This document shows, one piece after another, positions 41,618-56,998 of a DNA stretch of 64,000 nucleotides. The stretch is from assembly GCF_009914755.1 (NCBI RefSeq), contig NC_060932.1, one strand, 5' to 3'. The DNA is from the human T2T-CHM13v2.0 reference genome, Homo sapiens. The notes under the pieces were generated by a model. The model was not told the origin of the DNA and ran no database searches. It saw only the letters and a program-made list of their open reading frames with translations. A program made the position numbers and the translations under genes. The stretch's first letter is position 1, and each line of letters starts with the position of its first letter.

Positions 41618-42143
41618 CAGGGGGGTCCCAAATCCCCAGGCCATAGACCAGTACTATGGGTGGCCTGTTAGGAACTGAGCCACACAACAGGAGGTAAGCA
41701 GCAGGTGAACAAGAGAAGCTTCATCTGTATTTACAGCTGATCCTCATTGCTCACATTATCACCTGAGCTCTGCCCCCTGGCAGATCAGCAGTAGCATTAG
41801 AGTCTCATAGGATCATGAACCCTATTGTGAACTGCGCATGTGAGGGATCTAGGTCGTGTGCTCCTTTGAGAATCTAATGTCTGATGATCTGTCACTGTCT
41901 CCCATCACCCCCAGATAGGACCATCTGATTGCAGGAAAACACGCTCAGAGCTCGCACTGATTCTACATTATGGTGAGTTGTATAATTATTTCACTATATA
42001 TTAAAATGTAATAATAATAGAAATAAAGTGGACCATAAATGTAATATGCTTGAATCATCCTGAAACCACACCCACTCCAGGTCCATAGAAAAATTGCCTT
42101 CTGCAAAATTGGTCCTTGGTGCCAAAAAGGTTGGGGACTGCTA
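41618..42143 (+). mobile_element. MER1A (hAT-Charlie), full length
   Basis: cagggggg tcccaaatcccc...gccaaaaaggttggggactgcta; 8-bp TSD cactaagg/cactaaga. Confidence 0.95.
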
Positions 42144-42314
42144 CACTAAGAAATTAAATGTTTCCATTTAGCTCTTAGCTAAAACTTCATCCTGCAGAGA
42201 AAGCATCACAGCTATCCTATATGAACATGGTGGTCTTCGTGTGGAAGAAAATGCAAATAATAAAACTTTAAGATAAGACATATGATATGATATAATAAGA
42301 ATAAAAGTACACAG

Positions 42315-42336
42315 ACACACACACACACACACACAC
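42315..42336. repeat. (CA)n microsatellite
   Basis: Direct reading. Confidence 0.95.
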
Positions 42337-44181
42337 AGAATAAACAGTCAGACTTCAGTTTGGCCAAAAAGTCTAGCTTTGAAGGGAAGGGTGTGGAAGC
42401 TAAAGTTAAGGTCTACCTCATCTTAGATGACTTCTAAGATTCTGTTTCTCTAGTGCAGCGGGGGTCAGCAGCCATAGTTAAAAAATAATAAAGTTCAAAG
42501 GGAAAAAACAAAGCCAAACAAAAGCAAAATGATATTTTGTTAGAGAGGGACTAAAAGTTTTATTCCGAGTCATGTAGCCAGGGCAAACAAAAGAGTGTGA
42601 TTCTAATTATCAGTAAGATAAAGAAAAACAGTTGCTGCTCTGGAGAAGCAAAGTCATTCCTGGTCCTTAGCCCTAGGGGAAGTTTCTTCCTTGAACTCCC
42701 AGAGAGAAGATGCTACATAGTTTACTGAGTAATGTCTTCAACATCAACTCTATAGTCAGTTAATTTGTTCTTTAATTCATTGATTCATTTAAAATTTTTT
42801 GAGTGTCTCCTCTGTGCCAGGCATTGTTTCCACAACTGGAGATACAACAGTGGACAGAATAAAACTCCAAGCTCATGGTGCTAATATTTTGAATAGGAAT
42901 ATGTTTGACCTAGAATATCTCATTTTATTACTTTTCTCCCTAAGAATACAGTCATGTTTTAAAAGACTTTATTTTCCGATCTTATTGAATATCTCCCAGT
43001 CTAGATGGCTTCATAGCAATGGAGTCAGAAAATTCTACTGGTTGGGCAAATGTGGCCAAACTTATATCCCTGACAGGGTCCTGATTGGGACCCACTGTTC
43101 TAGAAATGGGCTAGAGCTTTTCACATCTGGCTCGTTCACATCTCAACTCTGTAACCTATCTTGCCTCCGTAGGTTCTTGCAGGGTCTTCAGTATTTACAT
43201 GTTTTACATCACTTCATCCTCACAATCATTTTAGGAGATAATAAAAATAAGACCCAGATAATGGAAGCAACTTCTGGAGGCAACTTATTCTAGCTAATAA
43301 GTGGTAAAACTTATGCTGCTTTCTATTATACCATCTTTAAATGCTGGTTGACCTCCACCATCCAAGAGTCCTATGCAAATCCAAACTTCCTAGTTATGGC
43401 CAATTGACACAAGACGAGCCTAAGACCGGACCATGGTACTTCCAATGCTAGCAGCTGGACTCAGCATGGACTGACTTGTCAGACAGATGTGCAAGTGTGA
43501 ATACTTTCTATTTCAAGTATACGTTGTAACCTAGTGGGATGGAAATCTGGGTGTGGTTAAAACATAAGACGTTCCTCCTGATGTATTGCTATGCTGTGGA
43601 ATCTTGACTAAGAGAGACAGAAGTGAAGACTAGCTTGTCTTTGAATGGTGAGCCTGCCTTTACTCTCCCAACTCCAGGGACTCAACGCCCCCAGGCTGCT
43701 TCTACTCCCTTACCTCTGCTGCCTTCAGCTATTCTCATACCCAAAGCCCCACCCTAGTTCTTACGCTAACCTCTCTGTAGAACCTACTGGTTATCCAGAG
43801 ACACTACTAAGAGTATGGGTATGGCCTGGCCCTCAGAGCTGGGTAAAAATTTCATATTCTGAGATCTGACTCAGCCAAACATAATGTTGATAAGACCTCA
43901 TCTCACACTCTGCTTTCACTAAGATAATGGGACTCCTTAATAGATCAAGTTGTGTTACTAATGCTGGAATCTTTTTCCTTACTTCCTTCTCACTTGGTTA
44001 CTTTTCACTTGTGCTTCAGGCTTTGCTTAAGCAATCATTTACTTGTGGAAGTAATTTTGGACTCAAACTGTAGTAGCCAAAAGCCAAATGTGGATATTTA
44101 AATTCATATTAATTTAAAAAAGAAAACGTTTAAAACCGATTGGCAAATTAATGATTGCTAAAGGGATTCTCATAGTTGTAA

Positions 44182-44508
<327 letters not shown>

Positions 44509-45981
44509 AATCTATTTTATTGTACCTAGAATTAGCTATTTATCCACCAGAGTTCTCCCTTACTCACACGAACACACTGTACCCTCCTCCAACAGTAGCA
44601 TTAAAAGTATTTAACAGTATTGGGAATTGAATCCACATAGCTCTTACAGATACCATCACTGTTCACATTTTCTGCGAGAGTTAACTCACCTCACCATGCT
44701 CAATCTTGATACAACTGGCTTCTTTTTTCCTGTTGCCCCTATTAACCCTGCACTGTTTCAACCCTATGTCCGTCTAAACCTTAAGAGTGGGAATCACATC
44801 TGTTTATTTGTGCATCTCAGCCACCTAGAATAAAGCCTCACACATAAGATGTTCTTAAGGAAAAAGAATGAAGGAAGGAAGGAAAGAGCTAGAAAAGAGT
44901 TAATAAATGCTTGAGTTGCAAAGTAATTGGCTCAAACTCACAGAGTTAGTAAGTGAAGAGGCCAAAACAAACTGAGATCATTTGGTTCTCAACTCCTTAA
45001 AGTGGAGCCTGAATTCTGACATATCATTTTTCTCAAGGTTTAGGGAATTTTTGTAGGAAAGTTTAGCCCCTAAAAGAATCTTCTTCTGGCTAGAATGTAC
45101 TCAATTCAACAGACAAACATAGAACACATATACTTGTTCCAAACACCATGCTTCACTCTAGGAATACACTCATAACACAGATGTTGCCCCAGCCCTCTGG
45201 GGAGCTAGTAGTGTTGAAGGTCGTGTAAACCCACACAGATTTTATTAATAAAACATGGTATCCAAAGATGATATTGTGTGTGTGTATGTGTGTGTGTAAT
45301 ACACAGTTAATGTCAAATATCTTTAATCTATCATGAGTAGATTATAATCTATTATAAGGAGATCACATATAGAGAAAATGTTTAAGTTGATGTGTAAAGA
45401 ACTGTGAAAGTTTATCCAACAAGGTAATGGGAATAGGGATGGCAGGAAGAAGGAACAGTTTATGCCACACGATATACCATGGCAGTTATGTGAAGATGGA
45501 ATCATATTTGACAGGAGAAAAAAATATCTTAGAGCATAAATGTGTACAGGAAAGTGGAGGAAAAAGGCATAAAGGTAAAAAAAAAAGATGAAAAAAGTAA
45601 GGGGGCCATTTAGAAAGGGCATTGGGTACCATAGACCTGTGCCAAGAGACACATACCTGACCATTTCTCTCTTTAATGCTGATGGAGGAAATTTGAAGCA
45701 GGGAGGGAATTTCTTGGAAAATGAAACAAACTGTCTTATCCACTCAATTTTCTACATTGTAACACAGAACACACATAGGATGGCAGGTACCCTGTTAGAC
45801 TTTTTGCAAGTTGACTAGATACTTCTTTTTTTGCTTAGTTCCTGAGCACCTGGACAGTGGATATTCATAAGCAAATAATAATGATGACACATTACAATTT
45901 TACTATGCACTTTACAAGACAAGCTTATTTGAAGGCACATTTGTAATTCCTCTGAGATTTGGTTTACATACATATGTATAT

Positions 45982-46031
45982 AGCGTATCTGACACAACAC
46001 CGTGTGTGTGTGTGTGTATATATATATATAT
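45982..46031. repeat. (GT)n(AT)n compound microsatellite
   Basis: Direct reading. Confidence 0.9.
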
Positions 46032-46189
46032 GGTGTTGATACCTATCTCGCAGGGTGGTTGGGAATTTTAAGCATACATAAAAGTTATGCTACTACAAAG
46101 TAAGATTTATCTAAACATAATAGTTTTTACAGGACACATAAGAGTATTCCATATCACTTGTCAAAATCACTCCATTTATAAGCAATAAT

Positions 46190-46420
46190 AGTGACTAACA
46201 TTTTACCAGTGCATACAAATGTGCCACAAACTGTACTGAATGGTACACAACTTTTAGGTAAAAAAAGACAAGATTATCATCATATTGCATTTTGTAGATG
46301 AGAAAACTGAAGATTAGAGATGTTAATCTGTCTAAGATTATATATCAAGTGGGAGGCAAGAACTAGGATTTGAACTAAGAAACGCTGACCCAAGGCATAT
46401 GTATTTAACCATTATACTAA
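46190..46420 (-). mobile_element. MIR SINE
   Basis: cattttgtagatgagaaaactgaag...ctaggatttgaac. Confidence 0.75.
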
Positions 46421-47349
46421 CCAGCAAGAAACAGAGCTTGTGAATTTCATCTGCCAACTTGTATGTGCTCTGACAGGTAAACAGTAGTATGCTTGAGCTA
46501 ACAACTCAGGTTGCGTTGCTTGCAGCCCAGGGCAAACCTTTGTAAGGTCATTGAAAAATGTATTTCTTTGTAACTCTCTAGGGTCTGTGGGTCCAGTAGG
46601 CTGCTTTCCTTTGTGTCAGATACACATGAAGATATGTCATAACACTCTCCCTTCATACCTCTAGGGTCACTTAAAATGGACAAATATACAACGCTCCTGT
46701 AAGGTCCAAACAGCCAGGCAGATAGGGCTGGGAGAGCAACGTGACCCACAACTACCTTCACATTCCTGAGAGTTGCAGACTGCTCCTGTCTTCCTGCTTC
46801 ACACCATGCAACAGTAAGAGACTGTTTATCATTGGTCAGTTTCCATGGCAACTACTTCCCCCACAGCACTATCTTTTTATTATAGGAGTTGCTAAAAGGA
46901 TAAAAATATATGGAAAATAATTAAGAGTTTTATTGCATGCATTCTCTAGAGTATGGCCGGTAGAGGAAAGAGTGGAAGCAGAAGTCGGTAAGACTGTAGC
47001 GGGAAATCACAGTGCCATGAGCAATTTTATTAATACAAAAGATGTAATCTCATAACCACAGTAGAGTGTAATTTCCTGTCTCTGCTGTGGGAATATGTGC
47101 ATTCTTATTTTTACTCATGGATGGTTATGGGCAGTAGGTGAAAGATGTTTTACACCTGGTACTTTAGTATTCGACATGGTTCTGTCTGGATTAATGAAAC
47201 TAGGTATTCAAGGTATTTAGTTGGTGACGGCCATTGAACCAACAAAAGCCACTGTAGTCCTCGTTCAATGTTGGTCAATGAGACACTGCTTCACATGGGG
47301 CTTAAAGTTTTAGGCAATAAAACCTCCTTTTAGGAGCTTTTGTGAGGTG

Positions 47350-47810
47350 GAAATGATCACCAGATTAAGAGTCAGGACACGTGTTTTCTAACCCCAGCTC
47401 AATAATTTAACTAGCTCTATGACCCAGAACAAGGTGCCCAACCTATCTACTCCTCAATTTCCTCATCTATAAAGATAGAAGGTTGAATTTTATGGTTTCC
47501 ACCAGCTCTGAAAATCTTAGAGTCTGTAGATTTGAGTTCTGAAGATCTATGTCAGGGTGGCAAGAATAGAAAAAATAACCAGGAAAGCTCTAATAATAAC
47601 AATAACGGCTATTTTCTGACAAAATAAGATTTTGAGGGTAGGCACATGAGCTCTGTCTTCACGGTAATATTTTGAGGGAGTGGTTATTATCCCCATTTTG
47701 CAGATGAACAAGCTGAAGATTGGAGAAATGCACTCATTGTTCAAGACCACCAAGTTGATATGTAGCAGAGGTAGCCTTTAAACTCAGGTCTCCTTGACTC
47801 TAATGCAGAC
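47350..47810. mobile_element. MIR pair (plus ~47350-47520, minus ~47660-47810)
   Basis: cctcaatttcctcatctataaa and atccccattttgcagatgaacaagctgaag. Confidence 0.7.
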
Positions 47811-47982
47811 AGGATTACATCCGAATCTGGGAATGGGAGACAAAATTATAACTGATTCCCAGAAACCCCTTAAACACATACATGCAATATCCTGTATTGT
47901 GTTAATCACCAGGCTCAATACATTGAAGAGAAAAAAGTATCCTATTACAGAGAAAACAAGACTGGCAGAGGCATCTCTTGCA

Positions 47983-47984
<2 letters not shown>

Positions 47985-48024
<40 letters not shown>

Positions 48025-48301
48025 CAGATGGAGTCTTGCTCCATCGCCCAGGCTGGAGTGCAGGGATGCCATCACTGCAACCTCAGCCTCTCAGGTTCAA
48101 GTGATTCTCCTGCCTCAGCCTCCCAAGAGTACCTGGGTCTACAGGCGCATGCCACCACACCTAGCTAATTTTTGTATTTTTAGTAGAGTCGGGGTTTCAC
48201 CATGTTGGCCAGGCTGGTCTTGAACTCCTGATCTCAAGTGATCTGCCCGCCTCGGCCTCCCAAAGTGCTGGGATTACAGGTGTGAGCCACTGTGCCTGGC
48301 C
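47985..48301 (-). mobile_element. AluSx-type with a long poly-T tail
   Basis: Full Alu; TSD tcttgcatc on both sides. Confidence 0.95.
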
Positions 48302-48629
48302 TCTTGCATCATTTTTATGTGCAGTCAGGAGGTACCTTGGTAGACGCATCTATGAGAGCAGAACCTGATAATTAGGGAAACCAAGTTCAGGCTCAGTGCT
48401 GTAATCCTCCATCAGGTCTCATCACTTGAAGACAAGCAGCATATTCAATGTCCTCTAAAGGACAATAAGGTTTCTTGAGGATAGAGTTTCTGTGATCTTA
48501 GCACCTAGAAGAGAGCCTTGCACACAGCAGGCCATCAATAACATCTGAATAAAGGATTAATGATGTTCCAGATCTAGGAATCAGTCATTTATGATTCTAA
48601 GTTACTGATCTTAATTGGTTGTCTTTGGT

Positions 48630-49000
48630 TGTTGTGCTGGAATCATATTGACTGCAGTAGGAATGGCACCAGGTACAAGAGGCTGAAGAAGAGTCCTGAA
48701 GCCAGCAAAGGAGACATAGGGTTTATTGAGGACTTACATATAGGGACGGTCCAGTGCAGGCAGGGTGGAGAGGAGAACCACAACCGCTTGTAAAAAGCAT
48801 GCAGTTTATACAGCATTTTCACTTAGCACACTCCCTCTAACATCCTCCATCTGGAAACCTTGGTTTAACCTAAACAAAGGGTCTCAATCCCCAGTATGAC
48901 CCGTGTTCCATGGGACAGGCACGTGGATCAGGTGTTCCTCATAGATCAGAAATCAATCTCCCATTAGTCACTCCCAAATTCCTTAGCTTGTACTCTCTAA
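48630..49000 (-). mobile_element. ERVL-class LTR fragment (MER73/MER74/LTR53-like), truncated
   Basis: tgttgtgc..ggcaccagg..caagaggc..gagacatagggtttatt..gcatgcagtttatacagcattttcacttagcac. Confidence 0.6.
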
Positions 49001-49130
49001 ATCTCATCAGCTTTACTTAACTTTGGAAGCAGGAGCATCATCTGTGTTTCACCAGATGCCTTAACCAATATCAAAGAGTGATATACAGAGGTAGGTTTCA
49101 GTTCAGAATGGAGAAACCTTCTCTAACAAT

Positions 49131-49226
49131 GTACCCTTTTGGGTGATGGTTACACTAGTCACTATGCAGCATACCCATGTAACAAAACTGCACTTGCACA
49201 CCCCTAAATCTATAAAAATAAAAAAT
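49131..49226 (+). mobile_element. Very short L1PB/MA 3' end
   Basis: ttgggtgatggttacacta...catgtaacaaaactgcacttg..cccctaaatctataaaaataaaa. Confidence 0.8.
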
Positions 49227-49659
49227 AATTATAGCCTAAGAATTTGAACTGCTAAATTTTGACATGGATTACCAGCAAGTATGGGACAGCTTCTTCTCCA
49301 GGGATCTTCAGAAAAGGAATTAACCTGTATATCATTAATATCATTAAAACATTGCTTTCTTAGAATGGTACAGGGATAGGTAGGAATGGAATAGGAGATA
49401 AGTAGAATAGGTGAGTCCTTAAGGTAACTTCCTGATCAGTAGTTCCAAGTAATGGGGAAGAATGCACAAAGGAAGGAAAAGTAGACCAATGCTTGCAGAG
49501 GGCGGTGTGTTAACAGATGGCAGAGAAAACCATGGCTGCTTAGTTTTTATGCAGCTGTTGTTTAAATCAAAGTGGATGCTTTGCAAACTGAAAGCCATGA
49601 AACAGACGCAATTAATGGGGAATTGAAGGCTACAATGTGAGGTGATATGGAGTAAGCCT

Positions 49660-50110
49660 TATCTTCTTTATATTCATTCAAGCTTCCAGGTGCAGACAAA
49701 TGACATCTAAATGTACCAGAAGATCTTGCTGATATAAGTTCAGAGGAAATGCAAATCATCTTGTAGAATCATGTAGAATGAAGGGTATTAGGAAAGTGAA
49801 AGTGGAGAAGTGTTACTCCAATTTCTAATAAGGAAAAGCAACTAGATTATAGAACCAAACAACAGATGAGATCTTTTATCAAACCCAGGAAGGATTCTGG
49901 CACAGAATACACTGAACTAAAAGGGGCTCCCCAAAATTCTGCATAAGTTAACTGGGAAAAACTTAAGCCTTTATTTCCCAGGTTGATAAATTCATTAAAA
50001 TATTTAAACAGGAGAAGGGTGTAACTTATATTGCCTTGATATTATCAATATATGTGACCAAATCTCTCCTTCTATAGCCTTATGAACATGTTAGAAAGTG
50101 TATGCTACAT
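49660..50110 (+). mobile_element. L3/CR1 LINE RT-domain relic
   Basis: Degenerate match to the CR1 ORF2 motifs KSPGPD..HPRVLKELAD (aagcttccaggtgcagac..gatcttgctgat), VTPIFKKG (gttactccaatttctaataagg) and PGKILE (ccaggaaggattctg). Confidence 0.6.
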
Positions 50111-50979
50111 AAAGCCGGTCATACCTGTTACACTAACCCTATGAAGGTCCTATTTTCTTCCTATTAATAGATACATTTAGTTACTGCCCAAGCTAACACA
50201 GCAAGAATTGGAGGAGCCAGATTTTAAACCCAGGTAATCAGACTTCAGGATCCATGTGCCAAGCCACTATGTGATAATGCTTATTCACTTTATAAGATGT
50301 AAACAGCTCTTGATCCAATTTTCAGATTTGCCCTTTCTTCCAAATAAACATGGAACTTGTTGCCCATTTGTATGTCTTTTTTTTTTTTTTTTTTTTGAGA
50401 AATTTCTATTTAGGTCTTTTCCCCATTTTTAAATCACATTATATGATTTCTTGCTATTCAGTTTCATATATGTTTTGGGTTTTAACCCCAGATAATACTG
50501 GAAAAAAGGGCAAATGACAGAATCAATATTCAAACATATGTGGACAGATTTGGAATGTGGTTGGTTCAAACCTTCGTAAAAAATGGAACAGAGTTAACCC
50601 CTTTTCACTTAACCAACATTTTCTAAATTATATGTATCGGTTTTTTACTAGATACCATGGGGAGACAAAGCTCATTAGTGATTCCTTCCTCCATGAAGTT
50701 TCCATATAGTAAAACTCATGCTCAGGGATTAAGACAACACAAGGAGTATCATAGGGTTATGAATATAAACATTGCAGCCAGCCAGAAATGGCTTGAAGCC
50801 TCACACCAACTACCAACCATATGAACTCACCCACTTTACTTAACTTTGGAAGCAAGAGCTCCACTTGCATTTCACCAAATACCTTAATCAATACCAAAGA
50901 GTGATATGCAGAGATAGGTTGCAATTCAGCATGGAGAAATCTTCTCTAACAATCTGAATATGAAAAAATAAAAGCTATG

Positions 50980-52610
<1,631 letters not shown>

Positions 52611-52860
52611 AAAAAACAAAAGCTATGACATCCTAATCATTGGATGCACTGACTTGGGAATTATATTATTATCTTCATTGATTTTAGACTATTTTATTAG
52701 ATTAGTTAGTGTCCAAGATAACTCTCAACTTTGCATCCAAACATAAGATTCTAGTATCCAGAGTAATTGGGAGATTGGTGCAGGTTTTCTGATCAAAATT
52801 AAGCCTTGAAAATGAAGGTTTTGGGATTAGCATTGTGGGTATATCTACCAGGTTTCAAAT

Positions 52861-53814
52861 AATAGCAATAGCAAATAATGTTTAGAGAGCTCTTACCATT
52901 TGCTGGAGCACTTATTGGGTGCACATTACAAATCTGAATTAATGAATTCAAATAACAAAGTATGGAGAACTTATTATATGTGCCCCACTGTAATGGGATC
53001 CAGAAACTTAACCAGGAATAAAATACCTGTCATCAAGGAAAGACCAACACCATCTTAAAGTAGAAGCTCACAATGAAATGCTAAACCATGCTTTCCCAGT
53101 AGAATCCAGTTCAGAGCCTTACCAGAGTGTACTCTCCATCTACATCACCCTCCCTCTCTTAATATCCTAGAAATCTTCAGAAAAATGTTCAAACCCTTCA
53201 CCCCTTCCTCAATTTTCCAAGGCAGAAACTCCCTCTCCTTTCTGGCTTTATTTTTTTGGTTGTTGTTCCTTTTAGCTAGTTCTTTTGGAGTCACTCTCAT
53301 CAATACCAACTGATTCCTTTCCCTTGTATCTCCTTCTTCCCCACTCCTCCAGGGAGCTCAGTAGTACAACTTGGTGAAACAGTAGAATGAGCACTGGCCT
53401 TGGGCATAGTATCTGGGTTCAAATCTTGGCTCTGAACTTTATATCCATAAGACCTTGAGAAAGATCTTAAATGTCTCTGGGCCTCATCTATAAAATGAAA
53501 GGGAGCAGTGTTTCCAGGCTAGAGTGATAATGCAAAGTGATTTTATCTTGAGAGATTTATCCAAGAGTCAGATAGATGGGGATCAAATGTACCTGTTTAT
53601 TATCAATAAAGCTAGGTAGGAGACTTAGCTAGACCTATTGCCAGAATCAAGATTTTCAATACAATTCCTCTGTGGAATGACTGACCTTCCCATAACAGGC
53701 TAGACTAGTGCACGAAGGAACTGAGAATGTGTGAGTCTCAATACCAACCTACTCTGAAAAATAAAGGAGGAAAGAAGCCTAGGTAATGCATACTCAATAC
53801 CTTACCAATTTCAG
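52861..53814 (+). repeat. Local duplication copy 1 (~950 bp; MIR/L2 relics plus unique DNA)
   Basis: Colinear with 56999-57917 plus 60223-60254, e.g. shared aaatgctaaaccatgctttcccagtagaatccagttcagagccttaccaga. Confidence 0.95.
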
Positions 53815-55467
53815 GGACGCTCTAAATAGTTACTCCTCCCTTGGGAAGAAATGAGAGCAGGAGTGGAAAGAAGGGCCACTTCCAAAAAAACAAATCAAAG
53901 AATCTGTTTTATAGAGGACCCAGACACAAACTCAAGAAGGAGAAGAAAATATTTCCTCCTATATAAAACGGCAATAAAAGGAAAGCCCGATATAGGATGC
54001 AATGGTATTCCAAGAGGGACACAAAAGGAGCTTAGCTGGTGGATGTAATGTACAGGAAAAAGAGGAATATTTTCTACAGGTAAATACCTCAGTAGAATAA
54101 GCAATGTCATAAAATCTAGCTAGTCCCTGGTATTGTACAGGCAGACAGCAGCAAAGATTTAAGAAAAGTCACTTCGATTATGGATGATGATGTTATGGGG
54201 AGAGATAAGAAGTCTGGATAGTGAGAAATTTTGTAATGAAGATACCCATGTCCAGTTTTTTCTGATTGTTTGTTTTTTTCAGGGACAGTTATCGATATTG
54301 ACTATCCCTGTTTTGTACAGTTTGATGTTTGCCAGCAAGCGTACCACATCTTAAAATTTTTATTCACCTAATAGTTTTGCTGCAGAACAGTCAGTCGAAA
54401 GGCATTATTCAGAGGGCAAAGCATTTAAGAGAGGCCCTTTATGCCAAAATATCCAAGTATTGCAACTTTAGATACTTCCAAACATATTATTTTAATATCA
54501 TTATTATTATGTTTCTGCTTTAAATGAGATTTTGCCACAGCTGGCTTTTTTCACTTGTTGTTTTTGGGTTATAATAGAATATAGTAGCTTCCAAGGACAA
54601 AAAAAATCAATACACACAGCTAAAAATACCTTGCTGTTATCTCAGCTTGCAGTTCTGCCAGCTTTAAAAAGAAAGAAAAGAACACTGGAGATAGGTTTTC
54701 AGGCCTTGGCATTTAGGATTCTATTTGATGATTTCCAAATCAATACACCAGAAATATCCCCAACATCTCTCTGTAGGGATGGCTCTCCTGCCTTGTTTTT
54801 CAGTATTACAAAACCTCTACTACTATGAGGTAGCTCTACTTTTCATTTCTCCCCATTACCTCCAACTTTCGGATATTTGCTCGTAAGTCTGGATGTGGTA
54901 AAGTTCTATGGAATGGGTGTATGCCTCTGTGTGTCAGGGACTGAAGAGGCACGTGTGTACTCAGTGTTCCCAGAAGCTTGGTTTCAAAAGTTAGGGGAGG
55001 CTGGGAGTCATGCCCAGAGCACAAGAAAAAAAAAGAAGTACTCTTTTTCTCAGTCCCTATCCAGGCGATGAGAAAATTTGCTTTTGGGGATTGGTCCAAA
55101 CTCTTTTCTGGCTTGCAACATTTTCTCAAACTGGGGAACTTATTTTCTAGTAAATATCCCCTTCTTTACTGCTGACAGAAGAAACTGGAAGTCAATGCGG
55201 TTAATTTCAAATTTAACATGATTTAGTTTAAAAAAGCATTTACTAACACCCTTCCTGGTGTCCAGTGCTTTTTCAAATCCTTTGGGGAACATAAAAATTC
55301 AGCAAGACTCTTACTCCTTTACAAACAATTTAACATGCAAATTGTTTGCATCAAAGTATGAGTGTGAGTGAGTTTGTGGCAGGAATTCAAAGGAGAATCT
55401 ATGGTAGAGACCATCTGGATTGGCTTTTCGGAGATGGTGAGTGTGATGGGACTTAAAGGACATTATC

Positions 55468-55757
55468 TTTTTCTTTTTCTTTTTCTTTTTTCAAGACAGA
55501 GTTTCTCTCTGTCACCCAGACTGGAGTGCAGTGGTGCGATCTCAGCTTCCAGGGTTCAAATGATTCTCCTGCCTCAGTCTCCTAAGTAGCTGGGACTGCA
55601 GGCGCACGCCACTGCACCTGGCTAATTTTTCTATTTTTAGTAAAGAAGGGTTTTCACTATGTTGTCCAGGCAGTCTCGAACTCCTGACTTCAGGTGATCC
55701 TCCCACCTCAGCCTCCCAAATTGCTGGAATTACAGGCGTGACCCACTGCGCCCGGCC
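55468..55757 (-). mobile_element. AluS
   Basis: (CTTTTT)n tail; Alu body with a small deletion. Confidence 0.93.
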
Positions 55758-56998
55758 AGCATTTGAACAAAGTGGAGACCATGATGTGAGACTTGTTGAA
55801 AATAGCAGGTTGTTGGTCCTTCTGGAGGACTTGAGGAGAGTAGGGGCTGGACTTACTGTTTCAGGTTCTTTAGGGCAGTTGCTTAAATGCCATTTGGAGC
55901 CAGAATTGAATATTAGTTTAACAAATGACCTCTGAAATCACACAGGCCTGAAATTTAAACCTGGGTTCTCTCCTACATTTTTGAATAATTTAATTAACCA
56001 TCATCAACCTGAGGTTACCAAAATAGGTAAATAATATGACATAAGGCAATATTTAAGATAAAATGATATAATATCTTCATTTAACCAATAACCTTGAGGC
56101 AGACATGTAGAATTTTAAAAATTCTCGGCACTGAGGTATGTGTTTACACAAAACAGACAAAAATCATGATAAAAATTGTCTGGTACATGGTCACCAATCA
56201 ATAAATGATAGCTCTTAGCTTGATGCATTAAGCTTTATGAGAGAGAGGCTGAGGTTTCCAGAATTGAAATTAAGAAACATACATCTGTCCTGAGGGAATA
56301 GGATGGAGTAGGGACAGGCAGAAAGCTGGAAGGCAGAGAGACTAGCTGAGAAGCTATCATCACAGTCTTCCTAATGAGTGTCACGACTGTGCAGGCAGTG
56401 GATAAAAAGTGCTGAGAAGCAGGGTCCAATATGGCACATTTGCCCCTAGAATTTTATGCCAATAGATCCAGGAATAGTTCAGAGTTTGCAGACCTGCCCA
56501 TCATGAAAGAAACATCACTAGACTTATCATTGAGTATGCATTAAGGCATCTTGACCTTTATTTACTTTTGAGAACAGCAGTTTTCCCAGGATCTCAGTTG
56601 AGAAAGAGGCTTATAAATAAACCATTTTGCCTGTTCACTGAACTAGACTGTCATTCACAAGGAAGTGCTGACTCAGTTGATGCTGAGTAAGTTGGAATGT
56701 TAACATGAAGGTCTTTGAGGGTAAAAAAAAAAAAACAACACTGCTCTTCCATTAAATTAGAGGAAGTAAAATTGAAGGGGCTGTAGTTTCAGCTCATTAA
56801 ATGATCCTCAGTGTATTCATCAAATGCCTTGTCAAGAGTTTTATTATCAACAAAAGGATTATCTTTTCTCTAATCGTATATACCTTAGAGTCTAGCAAAT
56901 TGCTTGTTTTAAAGGTAAATAATCTCCTCCCTTTCTGCAACGGTAGGACATTTTCATTTTTTCAGTCTTAAGTGTACTTGGAGAAATTAAGCAACAAC

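Noticed and set aside
42799-43293. 164-aa ORF
   Set aside because: Non-ATG start, runs across L2 and MIR relics, and has no recognisable domain or splice structure
47794-48223. Poly-Phe ORFs (also at 15145 and 32105)
   Set aside because: Translations of Alu poly-T tails and Alu bodies
54281-54309. Imperfect hairpin agggacagttatcgatattgactatccct next to a strong splice acceptor
   Set aside because: Stem is short and mismatched, and I found no convincing donor downstream
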